A stretch of DNA of 64,000 bases from Deltaproteobacteria bacterium (GCA_029262335.1 JAJCZQ010000017.1:4033-68032); one strand, 5' to 3'; shown: positions 9,041-18,404, counted from the stretch's first letter. The notes: generated from the sequence alone by a model not told the origin. Made by a program: numbers and translations.

Positions 9041-10039
9041 TTACATTTCTTGAAGTATAAAACCATTTTGATAAAAGAATGAATCCATAGACCCTCTTCC
9101 ATTACCATTGTTTAAGCCTACATATCCAAAAAAAGCATCGGTATCATCGCCCTGATTTTCAATTGTTAGAATTACCTCTCCTTCAGGGATTGTATTACCT
9201 GGACAAAGGAGTTCTCCTCCCTTACTGTTTGGAATAACATTGTTTATACCATATTCATAACTTGCAACTGATGCAGAGGAACGTGTGGGAATACCTCCAT
9301 CACTGGCAAGTACAAGTATTTCCTCTATGAGCGGATTGTTTTCATCAACGCAGGAAAACACAACGTCACGGCATGAAAAAAGTACCTCGTTGTTATCGAC
9401 AATATCAACATCTACTGCAACGAATGTACCAAGCACATTATCAAGTGTAGCTTCTGCCTCACTGCCCTCTTCTTCACTTGCTGAAAGGGCGAATCCAAAA
9501 ACATCGGAAAGTACAACTCCACCCTCTGAATTATAGTTAAATGTTAATATTCCAGGTATCTCACTTTCAGGTAAACGGGCAGGGCTGCTTATAATATTGG
9601 ACCTGTATTCATAACCTGAATTATCTGTAATTCTGAAATTGCCGATTAGAGGAGTAGGGGGAATTTCATTAAATTCAACCCCAGCTGATACAAAAACTAT
9701 GCCGTAAGCATCATCGGGCAGCACAACTCCGGAAGGGTTTCCATCATTAGTAAGAATGTCTCTTAAATTATAAACATGTGTGTCGTTTGGTGTATAAACA
9801 TCAAAAAAGTTGTTTTCATTACACAGGTTTGCAACATTATAGATTTGAACATGTATTGTCTGGGAAGCAGAATCCACATTAGTTATCTGTAAAAAGGATT
9901 CTCTGTCTCTCAGGTCAAAAGGCGCAACTGATAAAAAAGACCCGGTGTCTGTTTCGCTTACAACACCTATTCCTCCTGCAATTGAATTGCCTGTAGGGAC
10001 AAACAGTGTTAATAATAAAAGTAAAATAATGGTTCTCAT
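9041..10039 (-). CDS. Secreted protein, novel paralogous family, member 2
   Basis: Same conserved blocks as member 1. Internal ATG at 10039 with GGAGG SD preferred over the 10102 extension. Confidence 0.85.
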   Translation of the reverse strand: MRTIILLLLLTLFVPTGNSIAGGIGVVSETDTGSFLSVAPFDLRDRESFLQITNVDSASQTIHVQIYNVANLCNENNFFDVYTPNDTHVYNLRDILTNDGNPSGVVLPDDAYGIVFVSAGVEFNEIPPTPLIGNFRITDNSGYEYRSNIISSPARLPESEIPGILTFNYNSEGGVVLSDVFGFALSASEEEGSEAEATLDNVLGTFVAVDVDIVDNNEVLFSCRDVVFSCVDENNPLIEEILVLASDGGIPTRSSASVASYEYGINNVIPNSKGGELLCPGNTIPEGEVILTIENQGDDTDAFFGYVGLNNGNGRGSMDSFFYQNGFILQEM

Positions 10040-10130
10040 AAATATCCTCCTAAAAATCAATCCGGTAAAAATAATCTTATTTTTTATATTGTTCAATAGC
10101 ACACATTATATATAAGGTGAATATTGTACA

Positions 10131-10168
10131 AAAAAAGGGAGCAAAGAATAAATTCCATACTCCCTTTC
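10131..10168 (-). terminator. Family-B hairpin terminator, copy 3
   Basis: AAAAAAAGGGAGCA-aagaataaattcca-TACTCCCTTT, one stem mismatch. Confidence 0.65.
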
Positions 10169-10184
10169 TTACTTATGATTTTTT

Positions 10185-11252
10185 TTAGAATTGCCCTATT
10201 TCTTCAGAAAAAATTAAAGCAGGGAAAAACATTGTATCCATTGAACCGCGTCCGTTACCGTTATTTAAACCAATATATCCGTAAAAACCTACAGTATTTT
10301 CTCCACGATTTTCAGGAGTAAGAACTACAACTCCTTCAGAAATTATATTACCGGGGCAAAGGAGTTCTCCTCCTTTACTGTTTGGTATAGCCTCATTAAT
10401 ACCGTATTCAAATCTTGCAACTGAAGCTGATGAACGTGCAAGGGTCTCACTACCTGCGAGTACAAGTATCTCTTCAATCAGGGGGTTGTTTTCATCAACG
10501 CAGGAAAATACAACGTCGCGGCATGAAAACAGGACTTCATTGTTATTAATTATATCCACATCGACTGCAACAAATGATTCAAGGACGTTGTCGAGAGTTG
10601 CTTCAAAAGTAAAAGTTTCATCACCTATGAAGTCATCATCATCATCGCCTATTGCAAACCTATCAGAACTTAATGCTATTCCGAAAACATCTGAAAGTAC
10701 AATTCCGGCCTCAGAGTTAAAATTAAAAGTATTAAAGAACTGTTCAATATTTATAGGTATTATTTGTCCGAAAAAACTCGGTGTGGAAGCAATATTGGTC
10801 CGGTATTCATAACCGGAACTATCTATCATCCTTATATTTCCAATTAGTGGTGTAGTTATGAATTCTGGGTCAATAACTAAAAATGGTATAGGTGCACTAA
10901 TAAACACTATTCCATATGCATCTTCAGGGAGTACTACACCAGAAGGGCTGCCGTCGTTGGTAAGAATGTCCCTTAGGTTGTAAACATGTGTGTCATTTGG
11001 TGTATAAAGGTCGAAAAAATTGTTTTCGTTACAAAGGTTTCCTACGTTATAGATCTGTATATGAAGGTTCTGGCTGGTTGAGTCTATATTAGTCAGCTGA
11101 ATATAAGACTCCCTGTCCCGCAGGTCAAAAGGAGCTGCCAATAGAAAGGACGAGTTGTCAGTCTCTGCCAGGCCAATTGGACCAAGCCCTGCAAAAGAGA
11201 TACCGGCAGGTGTGAAAAGTGTAATTAAAAGCAGTAAAGTTAAAATCCTCAT
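10185..11252 (-). CDS. Secreted protein, novel paralogous family, member 3
   Basis: Same conserved blocks. Poly-Asp variable loop (GDDDDDFIGDE). ATG with GGAGGA SD. Confidence 0.85.
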   Translation of the reverse strand: MRILTLLLLITLFTPAGISFAGLGPIGLAETDNSSFLLAAPFDLRDRESYIQLTNIDSTSQNLHIQIYNVGNLCNENNFFDLYTPNDTHVYNLRDILTNDGSPSGVVLPEDAYGIVFISAPIPFLVIDPEFITTPLIGNIRMIDSSGYEYRTNIASTPSFFGQIIPINIEQFFNTFNFNSEAGIVLSDVFGIALSSDRFAIGDDDDDFIGDETFTFEATLDNVLESFVAVDVDIINNNEVLFSCRDVVFSCVDENNPLIEEILVLAGSETLARSSASVARFEYGINEAIPNSKGGELLCPGNIISEGVVVLTPENRGENTVGFYGYIGLNNGNGRGSMDTMFFPALIFSEEIGQF

Positions 11253-11330
11253 AAATTCCTCCTAATACTTAATTAATATAATTTTACTTCAAATACCTGT
11301 TTTCTGTAATTCACTTGGATGTAGTTACAA

Positions 11331-11362
11331 AAAAAGCAGCAAAGAATAAATTAAGTGCTTCC
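11331..11362. repeat. Degenerate copy 4 of the family-B hairpin (stem eroded)
   Basis: AAAAAAGCAGCAAAGAATAAATTAAGTGCTTCC aligns to copy 3 but retains only a 4-bp stem. No gene is upstream on the minus strand. Confidence 0.5.
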
Positions 11363-11680
11363 TAGTTTAATAATTTTAATATCAGGAAAAGTGCTAAACA
11401 ATCTTTTCTCCCACCCAGTATCCAGTCCAAAATTGAACCAATTAGGTAATTATAAAACCATTTTGACTATATATTCAAGTATGAAATTAACACGCTAAAT
11501 GAATACTGCAATAAGATCTTATATAACATGCTGATATTATTATGTATTATGAAATATATTTATTGGAACATGTAAAAAGTATAAAAGTAGTTTTAAAACT
11601 TTATAAAGTCCCATTCGTATTAATAATTCATCAAAAATAAAATCCTGAATACAGTTTTCAGGTCTATAAGGGGTTTTCAA

Positions 11681-12106
11681 ATGAGGTTTTTATTAATTGC
11701 AGTGTTATTTGTTTTTTCGGCAGTTCCGGTTTTTGCCTGCCAGGTAAATGACTACAACAAGGGTATAAACTCAAGCTTTAATTACGGGGGGGTTGCATAT
11801 AAAACGGTCCTGCCATTTTCGAAACTATCGGAAAGCAAGAATTTTGATATAGAAAGCGGCGATTTTCCGGTAGGTTTTGGCCAGATCATTAAGACTGGAA
11901 AGGGGCTTACTAATAAGGTGGATAGTGAGGCGGTATGGTCAGTAGAATCGGTGGGACTTAATAAATACAACTACAGTAACTGCGTTTACTGGTACTACCA
12001 GATTAATATGCGTTCAAATAATCCTAATAATAACTATCTCTACCTTAATATAGGGGTTAACGGGGAGAAGCCGAATATTTATAAAATCAATGAGGTGCTT
12101 TTATAA
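11681..12106 (+). CDS. Small secreted hypothetical protein
   Basis: Signal peptide (AVPVFACQ). 141 aa, no recognisable motif. Followed by a G/C hairpin terminator. Confidence 0.45.
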   Translation: MRFLLIAVLFVFSAVPVFACQVNDYNKGINSSFNYGGVAYKTVLPFSKLSESKNFDIESGDFPVGFGQIIKTGKGLTNKVDSEAVWSVESVGLNKYNYSNCVYWYYQINMRSNNPNNNYLYLNIGVNGEKPNIYKINEVLL

Positions 12107-12156
12107 ATATGCCTTCATATATTTGAGAGAATTTAACTTTGTGACCCCTGCCCTGG

Positions 12157-12190
12157 CCCTCCCCCTGGAATGGGGAGGGAATTATTGTTT
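12157..12190 (+). terminator. Rho-independent terminator
   Basis: CCCTCCCC-ctggaat-GGGGAGGG followed by a T-rich tail. Confidence 0.65.
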
Positions 12191-12196
12191 TAGGAT

Positions 12197-12360
12197 TTTA
12201 TTATGTCATTCCCGACAATGATCGGGAATCCAGAATAAAAGTCATTGCGAGGAGATCGAAGCAATCTCTTCGTTAAACCGTAGATTCTCACGGTCATTTC
12301 ATTCCCTCAGAATGACTGCTTGTATGTCATTGCGAGGAATGTAGTGACGCGGCAATCCCC
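12197..12360. repeat. Mosaic of short interspersed repeat modules
   Basis: GTCATTCCCGAcaatgaTCGGGAATCCAGAAT and GTCATTGCGAGGA..GCAATC units also occur at 50.70, 51.6 and 53.3-53.5 kb. Confidence 0.7.
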
Positions 12361-12361
12361 C

Positions 12362-12610
12362 GCAAAGAACTTATAGAAAAAACAAACTGATATAATTTGC
12401 AATACTTCATTTTCTTTATCTTGATATAAAGAAAACGAAGCAAAAGAAAGATCAAGGCTGGAAATTTCATACACTAAAAAAACAAATTAAAATCTAAAGC
12501 GTAAAATCCCGCCACAACCCCTTTACGCTTCTTAACGATTTAAATTCATTTTTTCTTAACGTTATTCATTGCAGGCCGTTTATAAAAATTCAAAAAAATT
12601 AATTCCTACA
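12362..12610. repeat. Family-A interspersed structured repeat, copy A1 (5'-truncated)
   Basis: Near-identical to 45.69-45.87 kb and 53.07-53.26 kb. Contains hairpins TTTCTTTATcttgATAAAGAAA and AGCGTAAA-N16-TTTACGCT, and ends ...CATTGCAGGCCGTT. Confidence 0.8.
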
Positions 12611-12625
12611 GATTATTGGAAGGTA

Positions 12626-13210
12626 TTAATTTGAACACCCATTTCCCCCTAATTCTTCAAGATGCAAACTAATCTCAGATTTAATTTCTTCATCATCTTC
12701 CGCTCTTGAACAGGCAATTTGCAAAAGTTCTATAGCTTTTTCACGGCTGCCCGATGCTGAGTACAGCACTGCAAGTGTGTCGAGGGCAAAAGCGGGTGCA
12801 ATCTCGGCAGGGGGCAGGGTTTCTATAAGAACCTCAATCCCTTTATCGAATTCCTTCCCGGTTTCGAGATAGACATTGCCCAGGTTGTTTGCTGCCAGCA
12901 CGTTTTTATTGTCTTTTTTAAGTGCCTTAAGATAGTACTTCCGTGCATCTTTATATTTGCCCTGTTTGAAGTAAACATTCCCGATGTTAATAAGCGGCGT
13001 GACCAGCTCTTCATCTTTTTTGGAAGCGAGTTTGTATTCTTTAATGGCAAGTTTGTATTTTTCTTCCTTCTCATATGCAACGCCCAGATTGTTGTGCTCT
13101 TCTGCAGTTAACGGGTCTTCATAGTTTAATACCGCTGATACATGGGCGCAGCTAATATTCAGGGATATGGACAGAATTAAAAAGAATATCGGTATGGATT
13201 TAATCTTCAT
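12626..13210 (-). CDS. TPR-repeat lipoprotein
   Basis: Lipobox (LNISC). Several TPR units (NNLGVAYEKEEKYKLAIKEYKLA, INIGNVYFKQGKYKDARKYY, NNLGNVY). Confidence 0.7.
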   Translation of the reverse strand: MKIKSIPIFFLILSISLNISCAHVSAVLNYEDPLTAEEHNNLGVAYEKEEKYKLAIKEYKLASKKDEELVTPLINIGNVYFKQGKYKDARKYYLKALKKDNKNVLAANNLGNVYLETGKEFDKGIEVLIETLPPAEIAPAFALDTLAVLYSASGSREKAIELLQIACSRAEDDEEIKSEISLHLEELGGNGCSN

Positions 13211-13754
13211 TATCTATTACCAGCATAAGCCTGTTCATCTTTTCCCACTGTTTATCAAGCTTATCGTAACTTATTGTGTTTCCGTTATTTTTACCATCAT
13301 GGATAAGGAATTGACTGCTGTCCGGGTTGTAACCGTAAACAACATAGTAGTGCTGAACGGGTACACCTAACTTTCCCCTGTCGACAAGAAGGATGACGGG
13401 TTTATTATCGTCTACCAGCCTTGTTAATGTATTCAAATTCCCATTGTCTGTTTTGGATGAAAAACCATTTTCTTCAGCATAATACTTCATGTCTGAAATT
13501 AAAGATCCGTTAAGCTCAGGTGTATATACATTTGCGGCAATTTCATCCTGGTTTGTTTCTTTGCCGTAATATCTGAATACCGAGGTTAATGCCGCAGGGC
13601 CGCATAGCTGGTATTTCTGTTTCACAAATGGGACACCTGTGATTACAGTTCCCGTATTTCCCAGGCTGCTGCTCTCAGGTGCTGTTTTAGTGCAGCTTAA
13701 AAGAACAGCTGAGACAGATAGAAATAACGCAAGTGTAAGGGCAGCGTGTGACAT
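13200..13754 (-). CDS. Secreted papain-like cysteine peptidase, C39-like domain
   Basis: Signal peptide. QKYQLCGPAALTSVFRYYG (catalytic Cys context) and HYYVVYGYNP (His context) resemble the Peptidase_C39-like family. Confidence 0.55.
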   Translation of the reverse strand: MSHAALTLALFLSVSAVLLSCTKTAPESSSLGNTGTVITGVPFVKQKYQLCGPAALTSVFRYYGKETNQDEIAANVYTPELNGSLISDMKYYAEENGFSSKTDNGNLNTLTRLVDDNKPVILLVDRGKLGVPVQHYYVVYGYNPDSSQFLIHDGKNNGNTISYDKLDKQWEKMNRLMLVIDNED

Positions 13755-13783
13755 TACTTGTTGAATGAAGCTTTCAGGCTTTG

Positions 13784-14179
13784 CTACACCCTTTTGTACA
13801 GATAAAGGATTACAAGAACGAGAGCAACTACTACAAGTACCCCGATAACGACCCCAAGGCCATCACCACCCGAAGGGATTCTGTCTGAAAGGGATGTAAT
13901 CTGGTGGACTTCGGCATCACTCATTTTTTCCATCTTTTCCAGTACCTGTTCTTCTGAGAGTCCGTGGCCCATAAGTTTTTCTGCAACAAGCTTGTTTTCA
14001 AGGGCCCTCTTTACTTTAATCTCATCAATGTCACGGGCTGAGACAGTTTTGCCGTCCTCAGTGATATAACGGGAGTCCTGGAATGATGCATTGGCACTGA
14101 TTGATACTAACGAAACAGGTAAAAAGGTAGAGAATATAATTCCTATGATTAAAAATCTGATACCGCGGTTAATTAACAT
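13784..14179 (-). CDS. Small bitopic membrane protein
   Basis: N-terminal signal/TM segment and a C-terminal TM (LGVVIGVLVVVALVLVILYLY) around a charged helical core. Clustered with the C39-like and TPR genes. Confidence 0.4.
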   Translation of the reverse strand: MLINRGIRFLIIGIIFSTFLPVSLVSISANASFQDSRYITEDGKTVSARDIDEIKVKRALENKLVAEKLMGHGLSEEQVLEKMEKMSDAEVHQITSLSDRIPSGGDGLGVVIGVLVVVALVLVILYLYKRV

Positions 14180-14254
14180 TTAAGAGATCCTCCGTGTAAG
14201 AAATAACTAGTTTTATAAGCTAGCATAGTAAAGTTTAATGACAAAGAAATTTTT

Positions 14255-14562
14255 AAATTTTAGTATATTTTTGTTTAGCCGTGATTTTTGGTTCTTTGTA
14301 TCTAGACAAAGAACATAGAGAAATAAACAAACTTACTTATTAGCAATACTTCATTTTCTTTATCTTGATATAAAACTACGGGAAAGCAATAGTACAACTA
14401 CTGAGCTGTATTTAAATTTTTATTTAGAAGAAAGTATTGTACCGAGATAGTTGAAGCTAAACCTAAATATAGATTTAAACTAGCTTCAATGCATGTTCGG
14501 TTTTCTTACCATAGCTATATTCATTGCAGGCCGTATAAAAAATTTAAAAAATTAAATTCCTC
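14255..14562. repeat. Family-A interspersed structured repeat, copy A2 (divergent internal segment)
   Basis: Shares the 5' module (TTTAGTATATTTTTGTTTAGCC...GGTTCTTTGTatctagACAAAGAAC...CTTCATTTTCTTTATCTTGATATAAA) and the 3' end (CATTGCAGGCCGTATAAAAAATT) with A1 and A3. Confidence 0.7.
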
Positions 14563-14623
14563 TCACTGTGAAGGGCAAAGAATTTAGATATCTTTCATAG
14601 TTATTGTATAGTAATCCCTTAAT

Positions 14624-15583
14624 ATGCCTGAAAATATATGCTGTAAAGATTCATCCTCAGATGCGAAGGAACACCTGTACGGTACAGTACCAAAGGTTGA
14701 CCACTGGCTACTCCTGGAATACCCGGAGCACTGGGAAAAAGATTCCCTTGATAAAAGCACAATCCCTGAGGAAGTAAAAGAGGAACTAAATAAGTGCCTT
14801 AAATCATTGGGTAATTCCCGTCTCCAGCTTATACAAAGAGAGCTTCATAAAGAAGGGAAGATAAACTTTTACTATATTAATTCCACGGAGTTTGAACCTA
14901 AAACCTACCATTTTCAGTTCGATAAATACGAAGAACTGCTCGAGCTGGATTTAATAAACCTGATAGAAAATGGCGAAATAAATAACTCGGAAACAGATGA
15001 AAAGATAGCAATTGTATGCACCCATGGGGCGCATGACACGTGCTGCGGTAAATACGGTGTACCGGTATATAATGAGTTAACTAAAGTTGAAGGCATATCG
15101 GCCTGGAGGACCACACATGTTGGTTCGCACAGATTTTCAGCAAACGTCGTAATGCTGCCCGAGGGTATCTATTACGGAAGGGTAAGCCCCGAAAATGTTG
15201 CTGAAATCGCGTGTATTCATTTAAAGGGAGAGATCGCTCTTAATAACTTCAGGGGAAGGTGCTGTTTCAGGCAGGCTGCACAGGTCTCTGACTATTTTCT
15301 CAGAAAACAGCTTGGTGAAAACGGGCTTCAGGTAAATGGAATTTATGAAATAGAGTGGGTTTATGAAAAAGATAGGTACGAATATACTTCTGTTGAATTT
15401 CTGGTCGATAAATTAAATCTTGTTTACAGTGTAAATTCAATGGTCCTAAACAGTGCCATAAAGGTCAGGACTAGCTGTACTGACAGTGAACCTGTATCAA
15501 TGCCCCAGTTTTATTTCTACAGTATTGTCCCCTACACACCTGAGCCGGCAGAAGAGCAGAATGGCCTTGAAAAAAATAGTTAG
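14624..15583 (+). CDS. Sucrase/ferredoxin-like (Suc_Fer-like) family protein
   Basis: CTHGAHDTCCGKYG cysteine motif typical of the thioredoxin-like sucraseferredoxin family. Confidence 0.5.
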   Translation: MPENICCKDSSSDAKEHLYGTVPKVDHWLLLEYPEHWEKDSLDKSTIPEEVKEELNKCLKSLGNSRLQLIQRELHKEGKINFYYINSTEFEPKTYHFQFDKYEELLELDLINLIENGEINNSETDEKIAIVCTHGAHDTCCGKYGVPVYNELTKVEGISAWRTTHVGSHRFSANVVMLPEGIYYGRVSPENVAEIACIHLKGEIALNNFRGRCCFRQAAQVSDYFLRKQLGENGLQVNGIYEIEWVYEKDRYEYTSVEFLVDKLNLVYSVNSMVLNSAIKVRTSCTDSEPVSMPQFYFYSIVPYTPEPAEEQNGLEKNS

Positions 15584-16509
15584 ATATCAAGGAAGTCCAG
15601 AATTCTTCTTGAAAGGGTCTCTGATTTTTCATCATCTGTCATAATTGTATCAGTAACAAACGTGATAATCTCAAGGGAGTTTATAGTTTCGACTTCTCCG
15701 CCGTCTGAGTCATCAAGGACCATTACATCAAGAAAATCTTTGTAGAGTTTAGCAATTTCGGATGACGATGCTTCAAGCCCGAGCCCTCTCATTAACTTGT
15801 CTGCAGGGCCTTTGAGCGGTTTGCCCCCGATAAGCGGACTGATAGCTATTACCTTTGCCGGGCTGTTTACAACGGCTTCCCTTATTCCTTTTACTTCGAG
15901 TATAGGGCCGATGCTGATAATCGGATTGCTTGGGCAGATAATGATAAGGTCAGAATTTGCAAGAGCGTTCAGGACTCCGGGGGATGGTTTTGCATCTTCA
16001 ATACCCCTAAGATTAAGGCCCGTTACCTCCGGCTCCATTCGGCGCTTGATATAGTACTCCTGGAAATGCATTTCGCCTTCATTAGTTTCTATCCATGTTT
16101 CAACTGACTGGTCTGACATTGGCAGTATATTTAAATTACCAAGGCCAAAGGAGGAAGCTGTCAGGTTTGTAATCTCGGTCTTTGATTTGCCGTTAAGAGC
16201 TAGCTCTTTTTTAAAGACCTGGGTTGCAAAATCCCTGTCACCAAGGCCAAACCATGTCTCAATGCCAAAAGATGACAGTGAGTTCAGGACATTCAGGCTG
16301 TCGCCCTTAAGTCCCCAGCCTTTATCAGTATCAATGTTGCCGGAAAGCCTGTATATAATGGTATCAATATCCGGTGAGATATTAAAACCATACAGTTCAA
16401 TGTCATCGGCAGTATTGATAATTAAAGTAAGTTCCTCGTTCGGAACCAGTTTTGTAAGCCCATTTAAAAACTTGGCAGCACCTACTCCGCCGCCCAAAGC
16501 TGTGATCAT
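15580..16509 (-). CDS. CofD/YvcK-family protein (2-phospho-L-lactate transferase-like, UPF0052)
   Basis: N-terminal ITALGGGVGAAKFLNGL glycine-rich motif. Length and pattern match the CofD family. Confidence 0.7.
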   Translation of the reverse strand: MITALGGGVGAAKFLNGLTKLVPNEELTLIINTADDIELYGFNISPDIDTIIYRLSGNIDTDKGWGLKGDSLNVLNSLSSFGIETWFGLGDRDFATQVFKKELALNGKSKTEITNLTASSFGLGNLNILPMSDQSVETWIETNEGEMHFQEYYIKRRMEPEVTGLNLRGIEDAKPSPGVLNALANSDLIIICPSNPIISIGPILEVKGIREAVVNSPAKVIAISPLIGGKPLKGPADKLMRGLGLEASSSEIAKLYKDFLDVMVLDDSDGGEVETINSLEIITFVTDTIMTDDEKSETLSRRILDFLDI

Positions 16510-16673
16510 ATTAATTCCCGGGTCAAAATAAATTTTGGTGAAATTTACTCATCTAACGGGTGATAGTAAAGTTTTATAAATGGGGCGGCAATTTTAATAA
16601 AGATTTCTTTTGCTTGAAACTTTCCAAACATAATATAGATTTGTCCTATTAATTATTAATAAAGAGGAAAAAA

Positions 16674-18278
16674 ATGATCCTAGGATTCTTTGGAGATAAC
16701 ACAAGCTGGCTAAACAGGACAATACTGATACTTATTGCATTATCATTTGTAATGGGTTTCGGATATTTTGGAGTGATTAACCTTACAAATACAGGTGTTT
16801 CAACCGGGACAGCAGCCGAAGTAAACGGTGAAAAGATCCCGCTTGTACAGTTTTATAACGTGAGGGAAAATCTTTACGACCAGTTTGGCGAAGGCCTTCA
16901 AAACATCCCGCCGGAAGCTATGCAGTTCTTTAACGTTCGTGCTCTTCAGCAGCTGGTCGAAGCAAAACTGCTTGCACAAAAGGCGCAGCAGCTTGGATTT
17001 ACTGTTTCGGATGACGAGCTCAGCGAATCAATAAGGACAAACCCTTCTTTTCAGCAGGACGGAAAATTTATAGGCCTCGATAATTACAGAAACCTTATTC
17101 GCCAGGCTTTAAACATGAGTGTGGGGGATTTTGAAAAAGGGTATAAAGAGGAGCTGCTTGTTCAGAAAGTAGTGGAGCTTATAAACAACTCTGCAAAAAT
17201 CACAGACGATGAACTGTTTAACCTTTATAAGGTAGAAAATGAAAATATTAACCTTTACTACATATCTTTTGAGCCGGGTGAGTTCGGTGATTCAGCTGAG
17301 ATAAGTGATGGCGAAATTTCAGAATATTACGACAAAAACAAGGACAAGTTCCTGACAGACGAAGAAAGAAGAATTGATTATATAAAGGTAAACCAGGCTG
17401 ATTTTGAAAAGAACATCCCCATCTCAGACGACGAAGTTGACTCTTATTATAGTTCATACGGTGACGAGTTTAAAGACGAAGAAGGCAATGTAAAGCAGCT
17501 TGCAGATGTTAAGGATGAGATTGTCGGGAACCTAAGGAAAAAAAGAGTAGGCAGTATCTACGACAATTTTGTAAACACTGTTACAAGGAGTGATTCCATA
17601 GACCCACTGGATAAACTGGTTGCAGAGAACACTCTCTCCCCGGCCACCAGCTCAGAATTTTTTACAGCAAAACAGGAAACCGAAGTTTTCCCGATAGAAC
17701 TCAGGAATAAAGCGTTTACTATTAATGCAAATGAGGTCTCGGCATATAATTACCGGGGTGACCTTTGGGTATTTGAAGTTAAAGAAATAAAGGAGCAGTC
17801 ACAAAAATCACTTGATGATGCAAAAGAAGATATAATCTCGACACTAAAGAACGCCAAGGGATCGGAAGCTGCAAAGATAGCTGCCGATGAATCATTAAAG
17901 AAACTGCTTGGCAACAACTCAACCTCATTTAGAAACCTCTCCAAGTCATTTAACCTGGATGTTAAGGAATCAGGACTGTTTACAAGGGCAAAAGCTCCTG
18001 CAGAGCTTAATGTTGAAGATCTGAAACTGGATGCATTTCTGCTTTCAAAATCAAGCCCGACTGCCAAAAAGATCTATAAATCAGGTGACAGTTTTTACAT
18101 TATTTCTTTAAAAGAGAGAAAAGATGTTAGCAAAGAACAGTTTGATCGCGAAAAAGACACAATAATGAACCAGCAGTTATCCAGGCAAAGGGGTGAACTT
18201 CTTTCAGCATGGATAGATACTATCAGGAATGAATCGGAGATTGTGCCGAATCCAAACCTGATTAGTTCAAATAATTAG
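16674..18278 (+). CDS. PpiD/SurA-like periplasmic chaperone, membrane-anchored
   Basis: N-terminal TM, SurA-N-like region (FFNVRALQQLVEAKLLAQKAQQLGFTVSDDEL). No clear rotamase signature. Confidence 0.55.
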   Translation: MILGFFGDNTSWLNRTILILIALSFVMGFGYFGVINLTNTGVSTGTAAEVNGEKIPLVQFYNVRENLYDQFGEGLQNIPPEAMQFFNVRALQQLVEAKLLAQKAQQLGFTVSDDELSESIRTNPSFQQDGKFIGLDNYRNLIRQALNMSVGDFEKGYKEELLVQKVVELINNSAKITDDELFNLYKVENENINLYYISFEPGEFGDSAEISDGEISEYYDKNKDKFLTDEERRIDYIKVNQADFEKNIPISDDEVDSYYSSYGDEFKDEEGNVKQLADVKDEIVGNLRKKRVGSIYDNFVNTVTRSDSIDPLDKLVAENTLSPATSSEFFTAKQETEVFPIELRNKAFTINANEVSAYNYRGDLWVFEVKEIKEQSQKSLDDAKEDIISTLKNAKGSEAAKIAADESLKKLLGNNSTSFRNLSKSFNLDVKESGLFTRAKAPAELNVEDLKLDAFLLSKSSPTAKKIYKSGDSFYIISLKERKDVSKEQFDREKDTIMNQQLSRQRGELLSAWIDTIRNESEIVPNPNLISSNN

Positions 18279-18404
18279 AATATTTTTATGTTTCGTAGCT
18301 TTAAAATCAGGTGAAAAACAGGATTTTCCGGGGAATATTTTTATCCAGGGTGGTATATTTTAATATTTATACAATAGTTTATAAAAAAGTTTTATATTTA
18401 TACT

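Noticed and set aside
9285-9536. Antisense ORFs inside the paralog genes (9285..9536, 10486..10812, 36052..36273, 50171..50449) whose translations resemble each other (SSTQENTTSRHE...).
   Set aside because: They resemble each other only because the sense-strand genes are paralogous. They are low-complexity (S/T-rich), lack an RBS and lie fully inside strongly supported genes.
10040-10102. 21-codon extension of paralog 2 (MLLNNIKNKIIFTGLIFRRIF).
   Set aside because: The internal ATG at 10039 has a GGAGG SD at correct spacing and gives a signal peptide homologous to members 1 and 3.
7846-11252. The idea that the tandem paralogs are a polymorphic-toxin and immunity or orphan-module array.
   Set aside because: All three are full-length with their own signal peptides and share the complete scaffold. 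There are no truncated C-terminal-only cassettes, no recognisable toxin domain and no small immunity-like genes.
12110-12620. Possible CRISPR array or tRNA genes in the repeat-rich intergenic regions (also 14.2-14.6, 45.45-45.96, 50.65-50.95 and 53.0-53.5 kb).
   Set aside because: The repeats are not regularly spaced direct repeats with unique spacers. They are heterogeneous modules, some inverted. No T-loop GTTCRANYC or cloverleaf-compatible segments were seen, and no cas genes are present.
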